In this document: in pieces, positions 9,466 to 20,029 of the stretch
Layout of the letters: every line of letters starts with the position of its first letter
Position numbering within the stretch: the stretch's first letter is position 1
Source: an uncultured Acidobacteriota bacterium
GTDB lineage: Bacteria; Acidobacteriota; Blastocatellia; RBC074
Assembly: GCA_963743425.1 (NCBI GenBank)
Contig: CAVUPU010000001.1
Span: 575,054-639,053 of the forward strand
Length of the DNA stretch: 64,000 nucleotides
Direction of reading: 5' to 3'
The notes under the pieces: generated by a model
What the model was told of the DNA's origin: nothing
What the model saw: only the letters and a program-made list of their open reading frames with translations
The model's database searches: none
Program-made: the position numbers and the translations under genes

Positions 9466-10230
9466 ATGCGCAAACCAGTCATTGCCGGAAATTGGAAAAT
9501 GTATAAATTAATCGGCGACGCCGTGGCCACAGTCACCGCGCTCAAACCACTGGTCGTTAATGCGAACCATTGCGAGGTCGTCGTCGCGCCGCCCTACACC
9601 GCCATCAAGGCCGTCGCCGACCGATTGGATGGCTCGAATATCAAAGTGGCCGCGCAGAACCTTGCTCCCGAGACGAAACAGGGCGCGCACACGGGCGAAA
9701 TCTGCGGCGATATGTTGAAAGACGCGGGAGCTTCGCACGTCATCGTCGGCCATTCCGAGCGCCGTTCGATGTACTGCGACACCGACGAGGCGGTCAATCG
9801 CAAGATTCGCGCGGCTTTCGGTTTCAATCTCACGCCGATCGTCTGCGTCGGCGAGACGCTTGAAGAGCGCGACGCGGGGCGCGAAGAAGAGGTCGTGGCG
9901 GCGCAATTGGCGCGGAGTTTGGCCGATTTGACAGCCCAAGACCTGATGCGTATCATCGCCGCTTACGAACCGGTCTGGGCGATAGGCGCCGGACGCACAG
10001 CGACGCCCGAACAGGCCCAACGAATGCATGCGTTCATTCGCCAGTGGATTTCACAACGCTTCGATCAATCGACTGCTGACAGTTTGCGGATCCTCTATGG
10101 CGGAAGCGTCAAACCGGAGAACATCTCCGATCTGATGCGCGAAGCTGATATAGACGGGGCGCTGGTGGGCGGCGCGAGTCTCGACGCCGAGAGCTTCGCG
10201 AAGATCGTCAATTACAGATCGGCGTATTGA
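9466..10230 (+). CDS. tpiA: Triosephosphate isomerase
   Basis: [39 protein letters not shown]. Confidence 0.98.
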   Translation: MRKPVIAGNWKMYKLIGDAVATVTALKPLVVNANHCEVVVAPPYTAIKAVADRLDGSNIKVAAQNLAPETKQGAHTGEICGDMLKDAGASHVIVGHSERRSMYCDTDEAVNRKIRAAFGFNLTPIVCVGETLEERDAGREEEVVAAQLARSLADLTAQDLMRIIAAYEPVWAIGAGRTATPEQAQRMHAFIRQWISQRFDQSTADSLRILYGGSVKPENISDLMREADIDGALVGGASLDAESFAKIVNYRSAY

Positions 10231-10298
10231 TATCCGCTGCGCTTCGCAATCGAAAACCAATGTTGTGAAGCGTCTGGCTTTGAAGGGAAGGTGTAGTC

Positions 10299-10694
<396 letters not shown>

Positions 10695-10711
10695 TGACGG
10701 GTTCTTTTCAA

Positions 10712-10793
10712 GCTCGGATGGCGGAACTGGTAGACGCGCACGTTTGAGGGGCGTGTGGGGAAACCCGTGCGAGTTCGATTCTCGCTCCGAGCA
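10712..10793 (+). tRNA. tRNA-Leu(GAG), CCA not encoded
   Basis: Acceptor GCTCGGA/TCCGAGC-A, D-loop GGAACTGGTAGAC, anticodon loop TT-GAG-GG, long variable arm, T-loop GTTCGAT. Confidence 0.95.
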
Positions 10794-10804
10794 TCGAAAT
10801 TCAA

Positions 10805-10850
10805 GAAAGGCCGCTGATGGCGAACAACCATCAGCGGCCTTTCGATTTTT
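10805..10850 (+). terminator. Intrinsic terminator after the tRNA
   Basis: GAAAGGCCGCTGATGG / CCATCAGCGGCCTTTC stem followed by a T-rich tract. Confidence 0.75.
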
Positions 10851-10859
10851 CGATTCATG

Positions 10860-11065
10860 TCTTTGCGCCGGAGGCGCCAGCGGAGATTAGCCGGTGGTGG
10901 AGCGTAGCGTAACCACCGGGAGCCGGTGGAGAAATCTATTTCCAGCCCCGGAGGGGCGACAGACCGAGCTCAGTCTGTCGCCCCTCCGGGGCTGGGCGGA
11001 TTTTTTCGATTGCATCCGGTGGTTTCACCACCGGCTAATCTCCGCTGGCGCCTCCGGCGCAAAGA
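10860..11065. repeat. Multi-hairpin palindromic element (TTAGCCGGTGG...CCACCGGCTAA family)
   Basis: Perfect 40-bp terminal inverted arms (10860-10899 / 11026-11065) and an internal AGCCCCGGAGGGGCGACAGAC hairpin. Confidence 0.9.
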
Positions 11066-11122
11066 ATAATCCCGGACTTGTGTAGAAACTTTAGCTCGAC
11101 CGCGTTGCGCTACTGCCGTCAA

Positions 11123-14100
11123 CTACTTTGTGTACCTCTCCAACACCTCGCGCACGGCGTCAGGCGCGTAAAACTCCTTCACCAGCGATTCGGCGGTATA
11201 GTGGTTGAACGTTCCTTCTTCGGTGTAACCCAGGTAGCGCATACCTTCGGGGCTGGCGTCGAACCGCCCGTCGGGCAGCAGGTCTAGCCACGCGCCGGGG
11301 CCGAAGCTGTAGCGGTAAAGAAACGTCTCGCCCATCCGGACGTCCCAGAACTGCAGCCGTCCCGCCGCGCCTGCCGCCACGAGGTATCTGCCATTCGGCT
11401 CGAAGGCGACTGCGTAAACCGGTCCCAGATGTCCTTCAAATGTCCGTAACAGTTCGCCCGAATTGACCTGCCAGAGCCTGACAGTGTAGTCAGAACTTCC
11501 GCTGGCTATCGTCTGGCCATCGGGCGCAAAGGCGACCGAACTCACCCTATTTGTGTGCCCTTCGAGAGAGCGTAGAGCTTTGCCCGAATTGACCTGCCAG
11601 AGCCTGACCGTGTAGTCATAACTTCCGCTGGCTATCGTCTGGCCATCGGGCGCAAAGGCGACCGAATTCACCCAGTTTGAATGCCCTTCGAGAGAGCGTA
11701 GAGCTTTGCCAGACTTGACCTGCCAGAGCCTGACCGTGTTGTCAGAACTTCCGCTGGCTATCGTCTGGCCATCGGGCGCAAAGGCGACCGACATCACCCC
11801 GTTTGTGTGCCCTTCAAGAGTGCGGAGCAGCGCGCCGTCGCTTGTCCGGTAGAGCCGGATTACGCCGTCGCCGCCTCCGGCAGCGGTGAGTTCGCCATCG
11901 GGGCTGAGGGCGACGGCGTTCACGCCGGCGCCGGCGCCGAGTTGAACTATCGGGCGCAACCGCTCCGTGTTTACTGCGCCGGGTAGTTTCAGCCCACGCG
12001 TCTTGGCGAGTCTGGCGTTGACGAAGCTTTCGGCGTTCAGTCCCCGCGCCTCGCGGAAATCGCTTCCGGTCAGATCGGATTGAACGAACGACGCGCCTTT
12101 CAGATCGGCGTTCCGGAAATCGGCGTCGCGGGCCAGCGCGTATCCGACGCTCGCTTCGATCAACAACGCGTCGCGCAAGACGGCTCGGTCGAATTTCGTG
12201 TGGTTGAGATTGGCTTTGGTCAGATCGGCGCCTGTCAGATCAGCTTCGGTCAGGTTGACGCATTCCAGTGTGATCTCCTGCAAATTTGCTCCGGCGAGTT
12301 TGGCCCCAGCGGGAATGCGTCGCGCGAGTTGAGCGCACAACCATTCGACGCTTACCATCTCTTCCGTCTTCCGCACGCTCCAGTAAAGCAGTTGCAGCGC
12401 GTTCTCGGAAATGTTGGGTTGATAACCGCCAGCGAGGATTTGCTGCAATGGTTCTCGCATCAGGTCTTCTCCGTCCAACTGTGTGAGGAAGTAGATCGTC
12501 TTCTGGTCGTACCGCCGCGTGTTTAGCAGTTCGCATAGCTCCGCAGGCCGTGACAGACATTCGCTGATCTTGCGCGCGACGAAGAATTCGCCGAACGAGC
12601 GGTGCATAAACGAGAAATAGCCCGCGTCATCGCGCTTCAGGAAACTGGCGCCCTGCATCTCGCTGGCTACATCCGCTATCTCTTAGTCGCCGATTTCGAT
12701 CTTGCGGTCGGCGATCAGCTTCTCGATGAACGGCGCAAGCTCGCGGAAGTGGACGGCTTGCTTTTCATCACGCCACATCCGCCACGCCAGTTCCAGCATC
12801 AGCGCGAGTTTGACGTTGCGGTCGAGCGTGAATTTGCGGCCTTTGCCCTCTTCGCGCTCGATCCAGATGTTGGTGTAGACGTTGTAGAGATTGGCGGCGT
12901 TGACTTCCTGCCCGGCTTTCAGCTTCGGCAGCGATTTGACGATCATATCCAGCAGCAGCGGGCGCGTGGCCAGGTCTTTCAGGTTGTAGATGGCTTGAAT
13001 CTTTTGCCAGTCTTCATCGTGATCGTGCGGGCGAGCTTTCTTCAGGTAGTCCTGAATCTGCCGATCGTCGAACTCCTGAAGGTGGACGACCTCGGCGTTC
13101 GACCGCTGCCGCAGCTCGCGGTAAAGCTCGGTCTCGGTCTCTGAAAGGCGCGGGCCTTCGCCGATGACTCTGACCTGCTCATTGCGGTCTTTGAAGTAAT
13201 GCGTGCGGCAGGTGAGGATGACTTTGCCTTGCAAGTTCGGCGGCGCGGCTCAGCTCGCGGAAATTGCTCTGCGTCACATCCCAGCGCACGCGGTCGGCCA
13301 TCTCGTCGAAAGCGTCGAAGAGCAGGATGATCTTGCCCAGTCGAACCAGATGCTCGAAGCGCGTGAAGTTGATGTCGCGAAGACCGTGCTGGCTGAAGTG
13401 GCTAATGACGATGCCTTCCAGCGAGACCTCTTTGCGCACGTCCTTGAGCGGGATGAGCACGGGCGCGGGGTGCCGCAGCGGGTCGTCGCGGAAGCTGCGC
13501 GCCAGGTTGTAAGCCAGAAATCCGGCCAGCGTTGATTTGCCCGTGCCCAGATCGCCGAGAATGACGAGTTGATTCTTGCGCTCCTCGCCCAGCCATTTGC
13601 TGAGGTGAGTGAGCGCCGGCAACTTCTCGTAAACGATGTCGGTGACCAGATCGGGACGGATGAACCGGTCTTCGCCATCCCACCTTTCGCCGACCCAGTT
13701 TTCGTAGTCGGCGATCAAGCCGTCAATGTAGTTGTCGAGCGGTACGAGTTCGCGCAATAGTTCGGCATACACGCCACAATCGAAACCTGCGTTTTCAAGC
13801 ATCGAGCGAGCATCCGCCGCGAAGCCTCGCGCTGAGAGCACGATCCAACCGTGCCGGGGAAATTTCTTCTGCAGGAGGTTTTGACGGATCAAAATCTGAT
13901 CGCGTTCAGCGGCGGCGATCAATTTGTCGCTGCATTCGACGAAATCCTGCCGCAGCCTGATGCCATCGCGCTTCTGTATCTGCAATTCGCTTCTTGCGCC
14001 GCCTGCAGCGTCCTCCTGTTTGACTTCATACCCGAGCGCGCGATAGATCGCCGCGACTTCATCTACAAATAGCTTGCCTTTTTCGTAACCGCGCCGCCCA

Positions 14101-14603
14101 CGCTCAGTGGGATCGAGCTTGTGCTCGCGGAATTCAAAATCCTCTTCGCGGGCGAATTCGCGGCGAGGCAGATCGAGAGCTTCCAGCAACTGTCGAAAGC
14201 GAAGCTCGAAATCATCGTCGTTGCGGAAATCGAGGTAGATGAGAGGTCGAAACGTGGGTTTGATCTTGCAGTCTTCGCGCAGCAGCGGAATCAATGGCCG
14301 TTCGCGCGCCAGGATGTCTTTGTCCTGTTGGGCGTAGCTTTCGGCCAGCGTCCAGACCTTGTCGTTGCGGAAGTAATTCGCCGTCCACACTGCGCCCAGC
14401 TTACGCGACTTCTCAAGTCCGTCGTTGATCCGCGCTTCCAGATGGTCGCCCGCTTTGAGTTCCCACCCATCGAACCACACGCGCACGCCCAGGTCGCGCA
14501 AACGTTCGGCGAGCCTTTCGCACCACACATTGTCTTCGCTGGCGTGGCTGAGAAAGAGGTCGTATTTGTATTCCTGATTTTGTTGCTGTCCCTGTTCCTG
14601 CAT
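11123..14603 (-). CDS. NLR-like STAND protein TIR / degenerate Mrr-like REase / NACHT / pentapeptide / WD40; interrupted by a +1 frameshift (~13235) and an in-frame TAA (12683-12685)
   Basis: YDLFLSHASED...WTLAE (TIR); GDLGTGKS (Walker A); LLFDAFDEM (Walker B); ILTCR, RPLLL, FMHRSFGEFF; pentapeptide ADLTG repeats; GH...WQ WD40 repeats. Confidence 0.85.
11461..11820 (-). repeat. Three near-identical 126-bp (42-aa) WD40 coding repeats
   Basis: SVAFAPDGQTIASGSxDxTVRLWQV occurs three times with near nucleotide identity. Confidence 0.92.
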
Positions 14604-14702
14604 GTCGGCGTCTCGGCGAAAGGCAAACTGTTGAACTGCTCACAGGCTTCGGATTGCTGGCGGTAAATTATCATCAAGACGCGAATAGACCAAGAAAAAT
14701 TG

Positions 14703-15280
14703 CGCCTTTCACATCGAAGCGTCATCACTTGAATCTTTCTTCAGTCCCGGAGGGACGGCGGATATTAGCCGGTGGCGCCGCCACCGGAGGAGTTGAAAGC
14801 AAATTTACCGAGCCCCGGAGGGGCGACAGACGCAACTCAGGTCTGTCGCCCCTCCGGGGCTAGTAGATGTGTAGGCTGCTTGGTCCGGTGGTTCCACCAC
14901 CGGCTAATGTCTGGCCGCCCCTCCGGGGCTATGTGCGCCTTTCACATCGAAGCGTCATCCCTTGAATCTTTCTTCAGTCCCGGAGGGACGGCGGATATTA
15001 GCCGGTGGTGGAACCACCGGAGGAGTTGAAAGTAAATTTACCGAGCCCCGGAGGGGCGACAGACGCAACTCAGGTCTGTCGCCCCTCCGGGGCTAGTAGA
15101 TGTGTAGGCTGCTTGGTCCGGTGGCGCCGCCACCGGAGGAGTTGAAAGTAAATTTACCGAGCCCCGGAGGGGCGACAGACGCAACTCAGGTCTGTCGCCC
15201 CTCCGGGGCTAGTAGATGTGTAGGCTGCTTGGTCCGGTGGTTCCACCACCGGCTAATGTCTGGCCGCCCCTCCGGGGCTA
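14703..15280. repeat. Tandemly amplified palindromic elements, same family as 10860-11065
   Basis: A unit of about 232 bp starting GCGCCTTTCACATCGAAGCG at 14703 and ~14935; the core CCCCGGAGGGGCGACAGACGCAACTCAGGTCTGTCGCCCCTCCGGGG occurs three times. Confidence 0.9.
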
Positions 15281-15455
15281 TGGCTGAAGTTAATTCTCAA
15301 ACAATATAAACGCCGGCCTAAGTTCAAACCGTCGCTGCGGCGACAAAGAAGCGGCTCCATTCGTGGACAATAGATTCGAGGAATGACAAGCTGTCAGCAC
15401 CCGCAACTGCCAAAGTGGGTTGCGGAGCTGATCATCTCTGCGGGAGGCTCAATTT

Positions 15456-16937
15456 ATGAACGGAAGAATTGTGGCGGCTTTGATCGTTCTCGCTATTCTT
15501 CCATCGGTGTTGATTCAAACTGGCGGTTTGAACCGCGTTGCGGCGACGGAGCGGCTTCCGAACATAGTCTTCATCATCGGCGAAGACCTGGGGCCGGAAC
15601 TTGGTTGTTACGGCGACAAGCTGGCGCGCACGCCTAATATTGACCGGCTGGCTCGCGAGGGCGCGCGGTTCACTCGCGCGTTCACGCACGCTCCGGTCTG
15701 CGCGCCCAGCCGTTCGGGGATGATCACCGGGCAATATCCGACTACCATCGGCACGCATCATATGCGTTCGACGCTGCTCAAGCCGCCGCCGCTCTTCACC
15801 GACTATTTGAAGCAGGCCGGGTACGTTATTGCGTGGCCCACGAAGAGTCCTCATGGCAAGACAGATTTCAACTTCAAAGAGCCTGAAGGCTGGACAGACA
15901 TCGTTACCGATTGGACCGCGGAGATTCCGAAGAGGCCTTTCTTCGGTTATTTCAATATCACGACCTCGCACGAGAGCCAGGTGCGCGCCGTGCCCGACCA
16001 GCACGCGAAGAACACCGCGAGGCTGAAACCCGAAGACCGGCAGGACCCGGTGAAGATGGTCTTGCCGCCTTACTACCCCGACACGCCCGAAGCGCGAAAC
16101 GATTTCCGGCAGTATTACGAATTGGCGACGGCGGTTGATTACAAGGTCGGCGACGTGCTCGACGCCCTCGACCGCGCCGGCGTGGCCGACAACACGATTG
16201 TGTTTTTCTTCGGCGATCACGGGCGCGGAATGCCGCGCAGCAAGCGCTGGGTCTACAACCAGGGCGTTCACGTCCCGCTGATCATCCGCTGGCCGGGCCG
16301 CATCAAGCCAGGCTCGGCGCGCGAAGACCTGGTCTGCTTCCTCGATTTCGCGCCGACGCTGCTCTCAATCGCCGGGATTGAGATTCCGAAAGAGATGCCG
16401 GGGCGCGTGATCATCGGGCCGAAGACTCGGCCGGAGCCGAAATATGTCTTCGCCGCGCGTGACCGGATGGATGAAACCTACGACCGCATTCGCAGCGTGC
16501 GCGAGCGTCAGTTTCACTACATTCGCAACTTTCATCCCGAACTGCCTTACGCCCAGGTGGTTTTGTACAACGAAGAGAATCCGATTATGCAGTCGTGGCG
16601 GCGCGCTTTCGCAGACGGCAAAATGAACTACGTTCAAAAACAGTTCTTCGCCCCGACAAAGCCGCCCGAAGAGCTTTATGACGCCGAAGCCGATCCGCAC
16701 GAGATCAACAATTTGGCCGATTCGCCGAAATACCGGAAGAAGCTGAAAGAGATGCGCGCCGCGCTCGACCGATGGATGAAAGTGACCAACGACCTCGGCG
16801 CAGTTCCCGAAACCGAGTTGATCAAGCGCGGGCTGGTTGCGGACAGGCTGAAAGAGTACGAAGAGCGGAAGAGAAGAGGGATTCCGGAGAATGAAAGACG
16901 CCAGCCGAATGTCAGACCGCGAACTCAAAACCGATGA
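15456..16937 (+). CDS. Cys-type sulfatase, secreted
   Basis: PNIVFII.EDLG, CAPSRS (CxPxR), GDHG, ELYD...DPHEINNLA; signal peptide; RBS GGAGG. Confidence 0.92.
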   Translation: MNGRIVAALIVLAILPSVLIQTGGLNRVAATERLPNIVFIIGEDLGPELGCYGDKLARTPNIDRLAREGARFTRAFTHAPVCAPSRSGMITGQYPTTIGTHHMRSTLLKPPPLFTDYLKQAGYVIAWPTKSPHGKTDFNFKEPEGWTDIVTDWTAEIPKRPFFGYFNITTSHESQVRAVPDQHAKNTARLKPEDRQDPVKMVLPPYYPDTPEARNDFRQYYELATAVDYKVGDVLDALDRAGVADNTIVFFFGDHGRGMPRSKRWVYNQGVHVPLIIRWPGRIKPGSAREDLVCFLDFAPTLLSIAGIEIPKEMPGRVIIGPKTRPEPKYVFAARDRMDETYDRIRSVRERQFHYIRNFHPELPYAQVVLYNEENPIMQSWRRAFADGKMNYVQKQFFAPTKPPEELYDAEADPHEINNLADSPKYRKKLKEMRAALDRWMKVTNDLGAVPETELIKRGLVADRLKEYEERKRRGIPENERRQPNVRPRTQNR

Positions 16938-17079
16938 GACAGAGTGATTGCTCCGTATGATGGTGGGCAGTCAGGCGCATATGAAAACCGGGAGCGCCAG
17001 AAATCGAGCAAGCGGCAATAATTCCTGCCGCGCTTGCTCGATTTCTGGCGCTCCCGGCGTTGTTAGGATCGGTCCCACT

Positions 17080-17373
17080 TCAGGCCGTCGCCTTCGAATA
17101 CCATTCGGCGCTCTCGGCTTGCTCAGCAGTTTCGGAGGGCGCTGCGGATTGCTGCGCCTCCGCCATCGCCTGCTGTTCGCGACGGTGTTTCCCCTCAAGC
17201 TCCTGCCGCAGTTTGCGTTGAACGCCGGGATGCGGCGTCACGACCTCACCATTCGCCTGTGTCAGAGCGTCTGACACTTCGCTTTCGTGGACCGCCCGGG
17301 TCGATTTTCTTTTCCGGCCCGGATGGTTGCCTTTAACGAAGCTGATCCGTTGATTGCAAATTCTGCATTCCAT
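17080..17373 (-). CDS. Possible small hypothetical protein (CxxC N-terminus)
   Basis: 97-aa ORF directly downstream of 17420-17938 on the same strand; no RBS or family motif recognised. Confidence 0.25.
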   Translation of the reverse strand: MECRICNQRISFVKGNHPGRKRKSTRAVHESEVSDALTQANGEVVTPHPGVQRKLRQELEGKHRREQQAMAEAQQSAAPSETAEQAESAEWYSKATA

Positions 17374-17419
17374 CTTTTTTTACCGCAGGGGAGGAGACAA
17401 AACACGTGCAGGGAGTCGC

Positions 17420-17938
17420 TTATCCGACGCTGACCTGTTCGAGTATCGAAGACCTCGCGGCGGGTTTCGGCGCCGGGATCTCTTCGGCGAGCGCCAGGCT
17501 CATCACGTCCATTCTCAGCCCGTCAGAGAGCTTCTGCAGAAGCACTTCCTGGCCGTTGTGGAAGCGGATGGCGTCGCGATACCTGAACGGTTCGGCGGTC
17601 AGTTGGACGAACGTAACTTCCTCGCGCGGCCCTACCCCGAACTGCTTCTGCAGTGGCGCCGGAATCCCGTCCACCTGCAAACGGGCGCCTGGAGGAATAC
17701 AGACCGCCGGGAGCGCCCTCTTCATATCGTCGTTTATCCATCTTCGTTGATTTTCAACCCAGCATTTGAATCTCGCCCACATTCCCGCGCCCGCCGGGGC
17801 CGGCGCTGGTCTTTCGAGATTTCTCAGATCGGTTACTGAAGCCAGCCCTTTCGAGCCGGTGTGAAACTTGTGAACAAATAACTGCTCGCCTTCATTGGCT
17901 AGCCTGTTCTTGATGCCATGCAAAGAGTAATCGCACAT
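17420..17938 (-). CDS. Conserved hypothetical protein (MCDYSL N-terminus)
   Basis: Strong RBS GGAGG; MCDYSLH...AVCIPPGARL...EEVTF.QL....YRDAIRF.NG.EVLLQ.L pattern recalled from soil-bacterial hypotheticals. Confidence 0.75.
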   Translation of the reverse strand: MCDYSLHGIKNRLANEGEQLFVHKFHTGSKGLASVTDLRNLERPAPAPAGAGMWARFKCWVENQRRWINDDMKRALPAVCIPPGARLQVDGIPAPLQKQFGVGPREEVTFVQLTAEPFRYRDAIRFHNGQEVLLQKLSDGLRMDVMSLALAEEIPAPKPAARSSILEQVSVG

Positions 17939-18460
17939 ATGTTTTACCTCCCAGGGAAAGTGATAGACACAATTGAACGGGAAAGAATCGGTTGCAAAAT
18001 CTACCTGTCCTTCTCCTCCTACTCGAAATTTACGGCGCAGCAGCCAGGTAAAGACCCGATGATCATTGTAGAGGCGCGCAAGCGGCGGCTGGCGTCTGAA
18101 GAGACACTGACCTGAAACCAGGCTCTGGTTTCAATGCACCTGGAACGTACAACAGTTCTTATTTAATGCATCCAGATCGGGATCCCACGCCCACGTCTGA
18201 CCGCTTAAAGCCCCAGCAATGAGCAAAAGGCTTATTACCTTCTGCAGGGACAACCTCTGTTACAGCAAATTCCAGACCTCGCATCGCTTCCGCCAATAAA
18301 GTAAATCGAAGGAAGCAAGAGGCAAGGTCGTCAATTTTGTGGTGGAGAATCGGAGGAAGGATGAAATTTGAGGCTCTTACGTTTCCCCGCGCCGCTTTTT
18401 TTTTGCATATCGCTGCGATTCCAGGGACGATTTCAAAAATCATCCATTCTTTCCTTCAGT

Positions 18461-19187
18461 TTAGACGGCGGCGGGCGTTGTCCGGCCAGTCTCCATGAAC
18501 TGTTTGAAGCGGTGGAGGTCTTCATCGAACTCGCCGCTCAGGGTCGGCGCCGAGGAGTTTCGCGACGAGAGAGCCTATTTTGCCCACCGGCGGGGCGTAT
18601 TCGAGCGCGACTTTGACTTCGGCGCCCTGCCCGTTCGTAGCTCTTTCAAAACGCACCGAGCCTGCGTTCGGGACAGGCGCGCCTTCAAGCGAGCGCCAGG
18701 CGATCAACTCGTTCGGCGTTTCGTTGATGATCTCGGCGTCCCATTCGACCTTCATCCCGGCGGGCAGGCGCGCGACCCAATGCGAGAGCCTGCCGGAATG
18801 GCCGCCGATCGCGCGAACCGCTTCCAGATTGTTCAGAAAACGAGGAAGGTTCTCGAAATTGTGCCAGAACCTGAACAACTCTTCCACGGGCTTATTGATG
18901 GTGACGCTCTTTTCGACCTTGATGCCTGCGCCGTGTTTGACGCTTGCGCGAAGCCCTTTGCGCTTCGCGGTGCTGACGCTCAACGTCCTGTAGAGACTGC
19001 AATGGCCGGTCGCGCCTCGATAGATCAGGGCGCCGCCGGCGATCGTCATCAACAGCCCTCTGAAGCCCCCGCGCTTCAATCCGCATATCGCCAGAGCGCC
19101 TCCGCCCGCTGCCGAGATGAGCCGCTCGTTATCGCCGACGTTGACTGGCCGGTAATGTCCGCCGCGTTTGGTTGAATTCGCAGCCAT
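18461..19187 (-). CDS. DUF2892/YgaP-like + SRPBCC (cyclase/dehydrase) protein; +1 frameshift near 18528
   Basis: NVGDNER...RGATGHCSLY; SVTINKPVEELFRFW.NFENLPRF, EWDAEII, IAWRSL. The corrected tail reads DEDLHRFKQFMETG to TAA at 18461. Confidence 0.85.
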
Positions 19188-19209
19188 AACTCCTCAGTAA
19201 ACCAACCAC

Positions 19210-19296
19210 GAAGATCGAAGATCGAGGATCAAAGATCGCATCGAAGATCGTTGTTCAATCTTCGATCCTCGATCCTCGATTTTCAATCCTCGATTC
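19210..19296. repeat. Inverted heptamer arrays (GAAGATC/GAGGATC)n ... (GATCCTC)n
   Basis: Read directly between the two minus-strand genes. Confidence 0.85.
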
Positions 19297-19297
19297 T

Positions 19298-19693
19298 CTA
19301 GCGTTTCTTTGCGTGGGATGATTGTGATCTGACGCTCTTTTTGCTTGTCTTGCGGGAGCTTCTGCTTGCGGAACTCATGAGAGGCCCGGAGGTTTTGCTT
19401 GCTTTGCTGCGCGCGCTACTGGCGGTCTTGCGGGCGGTCTTTGTGGCGCTCTTGACGCCTCGGCTTCGGGATAGCGAACTGCTTTTGCGTGAGCTTTCCG
19501 ATCTCTTTCTGGCGCCGCTCGATCGAGTCTTGCTCGACGCGGCGCTTTTTCTGCCGGTTGTCGATCTGATTCTGGCCGACTTGGCGCCGCTCGACACGCT
19601 GGCCGTCCTGCCTTCACTCTTGCCTCGTCCGCTCATAGTTTTCATAGCGGCGCTGTCGCTTCCGGATTCTTTGGCTTCGTAATCATCTGCCAT
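19298..19693 (-). CDS. Ser/Lys/Arg-rich low-complexity basic protein (histone H1-like composition)
   Basis: RBS AAGGAG; 131 aa dominated by S, K, R, A; almost no hydrophobic core. Confidence 0.65.
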   Translation of the reverse strand: MADDYEAKESGSDSAAMKTMSGRGKSEGRTASVSSGAKSARIRSTTGRKSAASSKTRSSGARKRSESSRKSSSLSRSRGVKSATKTARKTASSARSKASKTSGPLMSSASRSSRKTSKKSVRSQSSHAKKR

Positions 19694-20029
19694 AACGTTG
19701 ATGCTCCTTCTGAGATATGGATTGTTCGTGACGCGGCGGGAGATCTGCTAACTAACTCCCCAAGCCACTGATGATCCGTCTGATGAGCGCTCACGATCAT
19801 CGCCTTCGATTGAGCAAATGATGTGCCTCTAAGCCGGGATTGGCGTGAGCTGCGGAGCCGGGATCGAATTGCGAAGCGCTCGGCGCCAAAAGCTCATACA
19901 GATGTCGTGCACTGTTTCAAGGCGATCAGATTGTATTCCATACAACGCGAGCGTCATGATGAGTCGCCTCTCGCGCCATCAGGCATAGTGGTTGCCGCCC
20001 GATATGTAAGAAGAAATAAGGAGGATTAC

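Noticed and set aside
11461-11820. WD40 repeats as a DGR template/variable pair
   Set aside because: They are in-frame tandem coding repeats, the differences are not restricted to adenines, and there is no reverse transcriptase in the window.
14703-15280. Repeat cluster as a CRISPR array or coding region
   Set aside because: The intervening sequences are also repeated and the units are long and palindromic; the short ORFs here are by-products of the repeat.
10712-15400. Integrative element or prophage at tRNA-Leu
   Set aside because: No integrase or phage genes, and I found no duplicated tRNA 3' end.
18159-18443. 94-aa ORF in an AT-richer intergenic stretch
   Set aside because: No motif, atypical composition and no supporting context.
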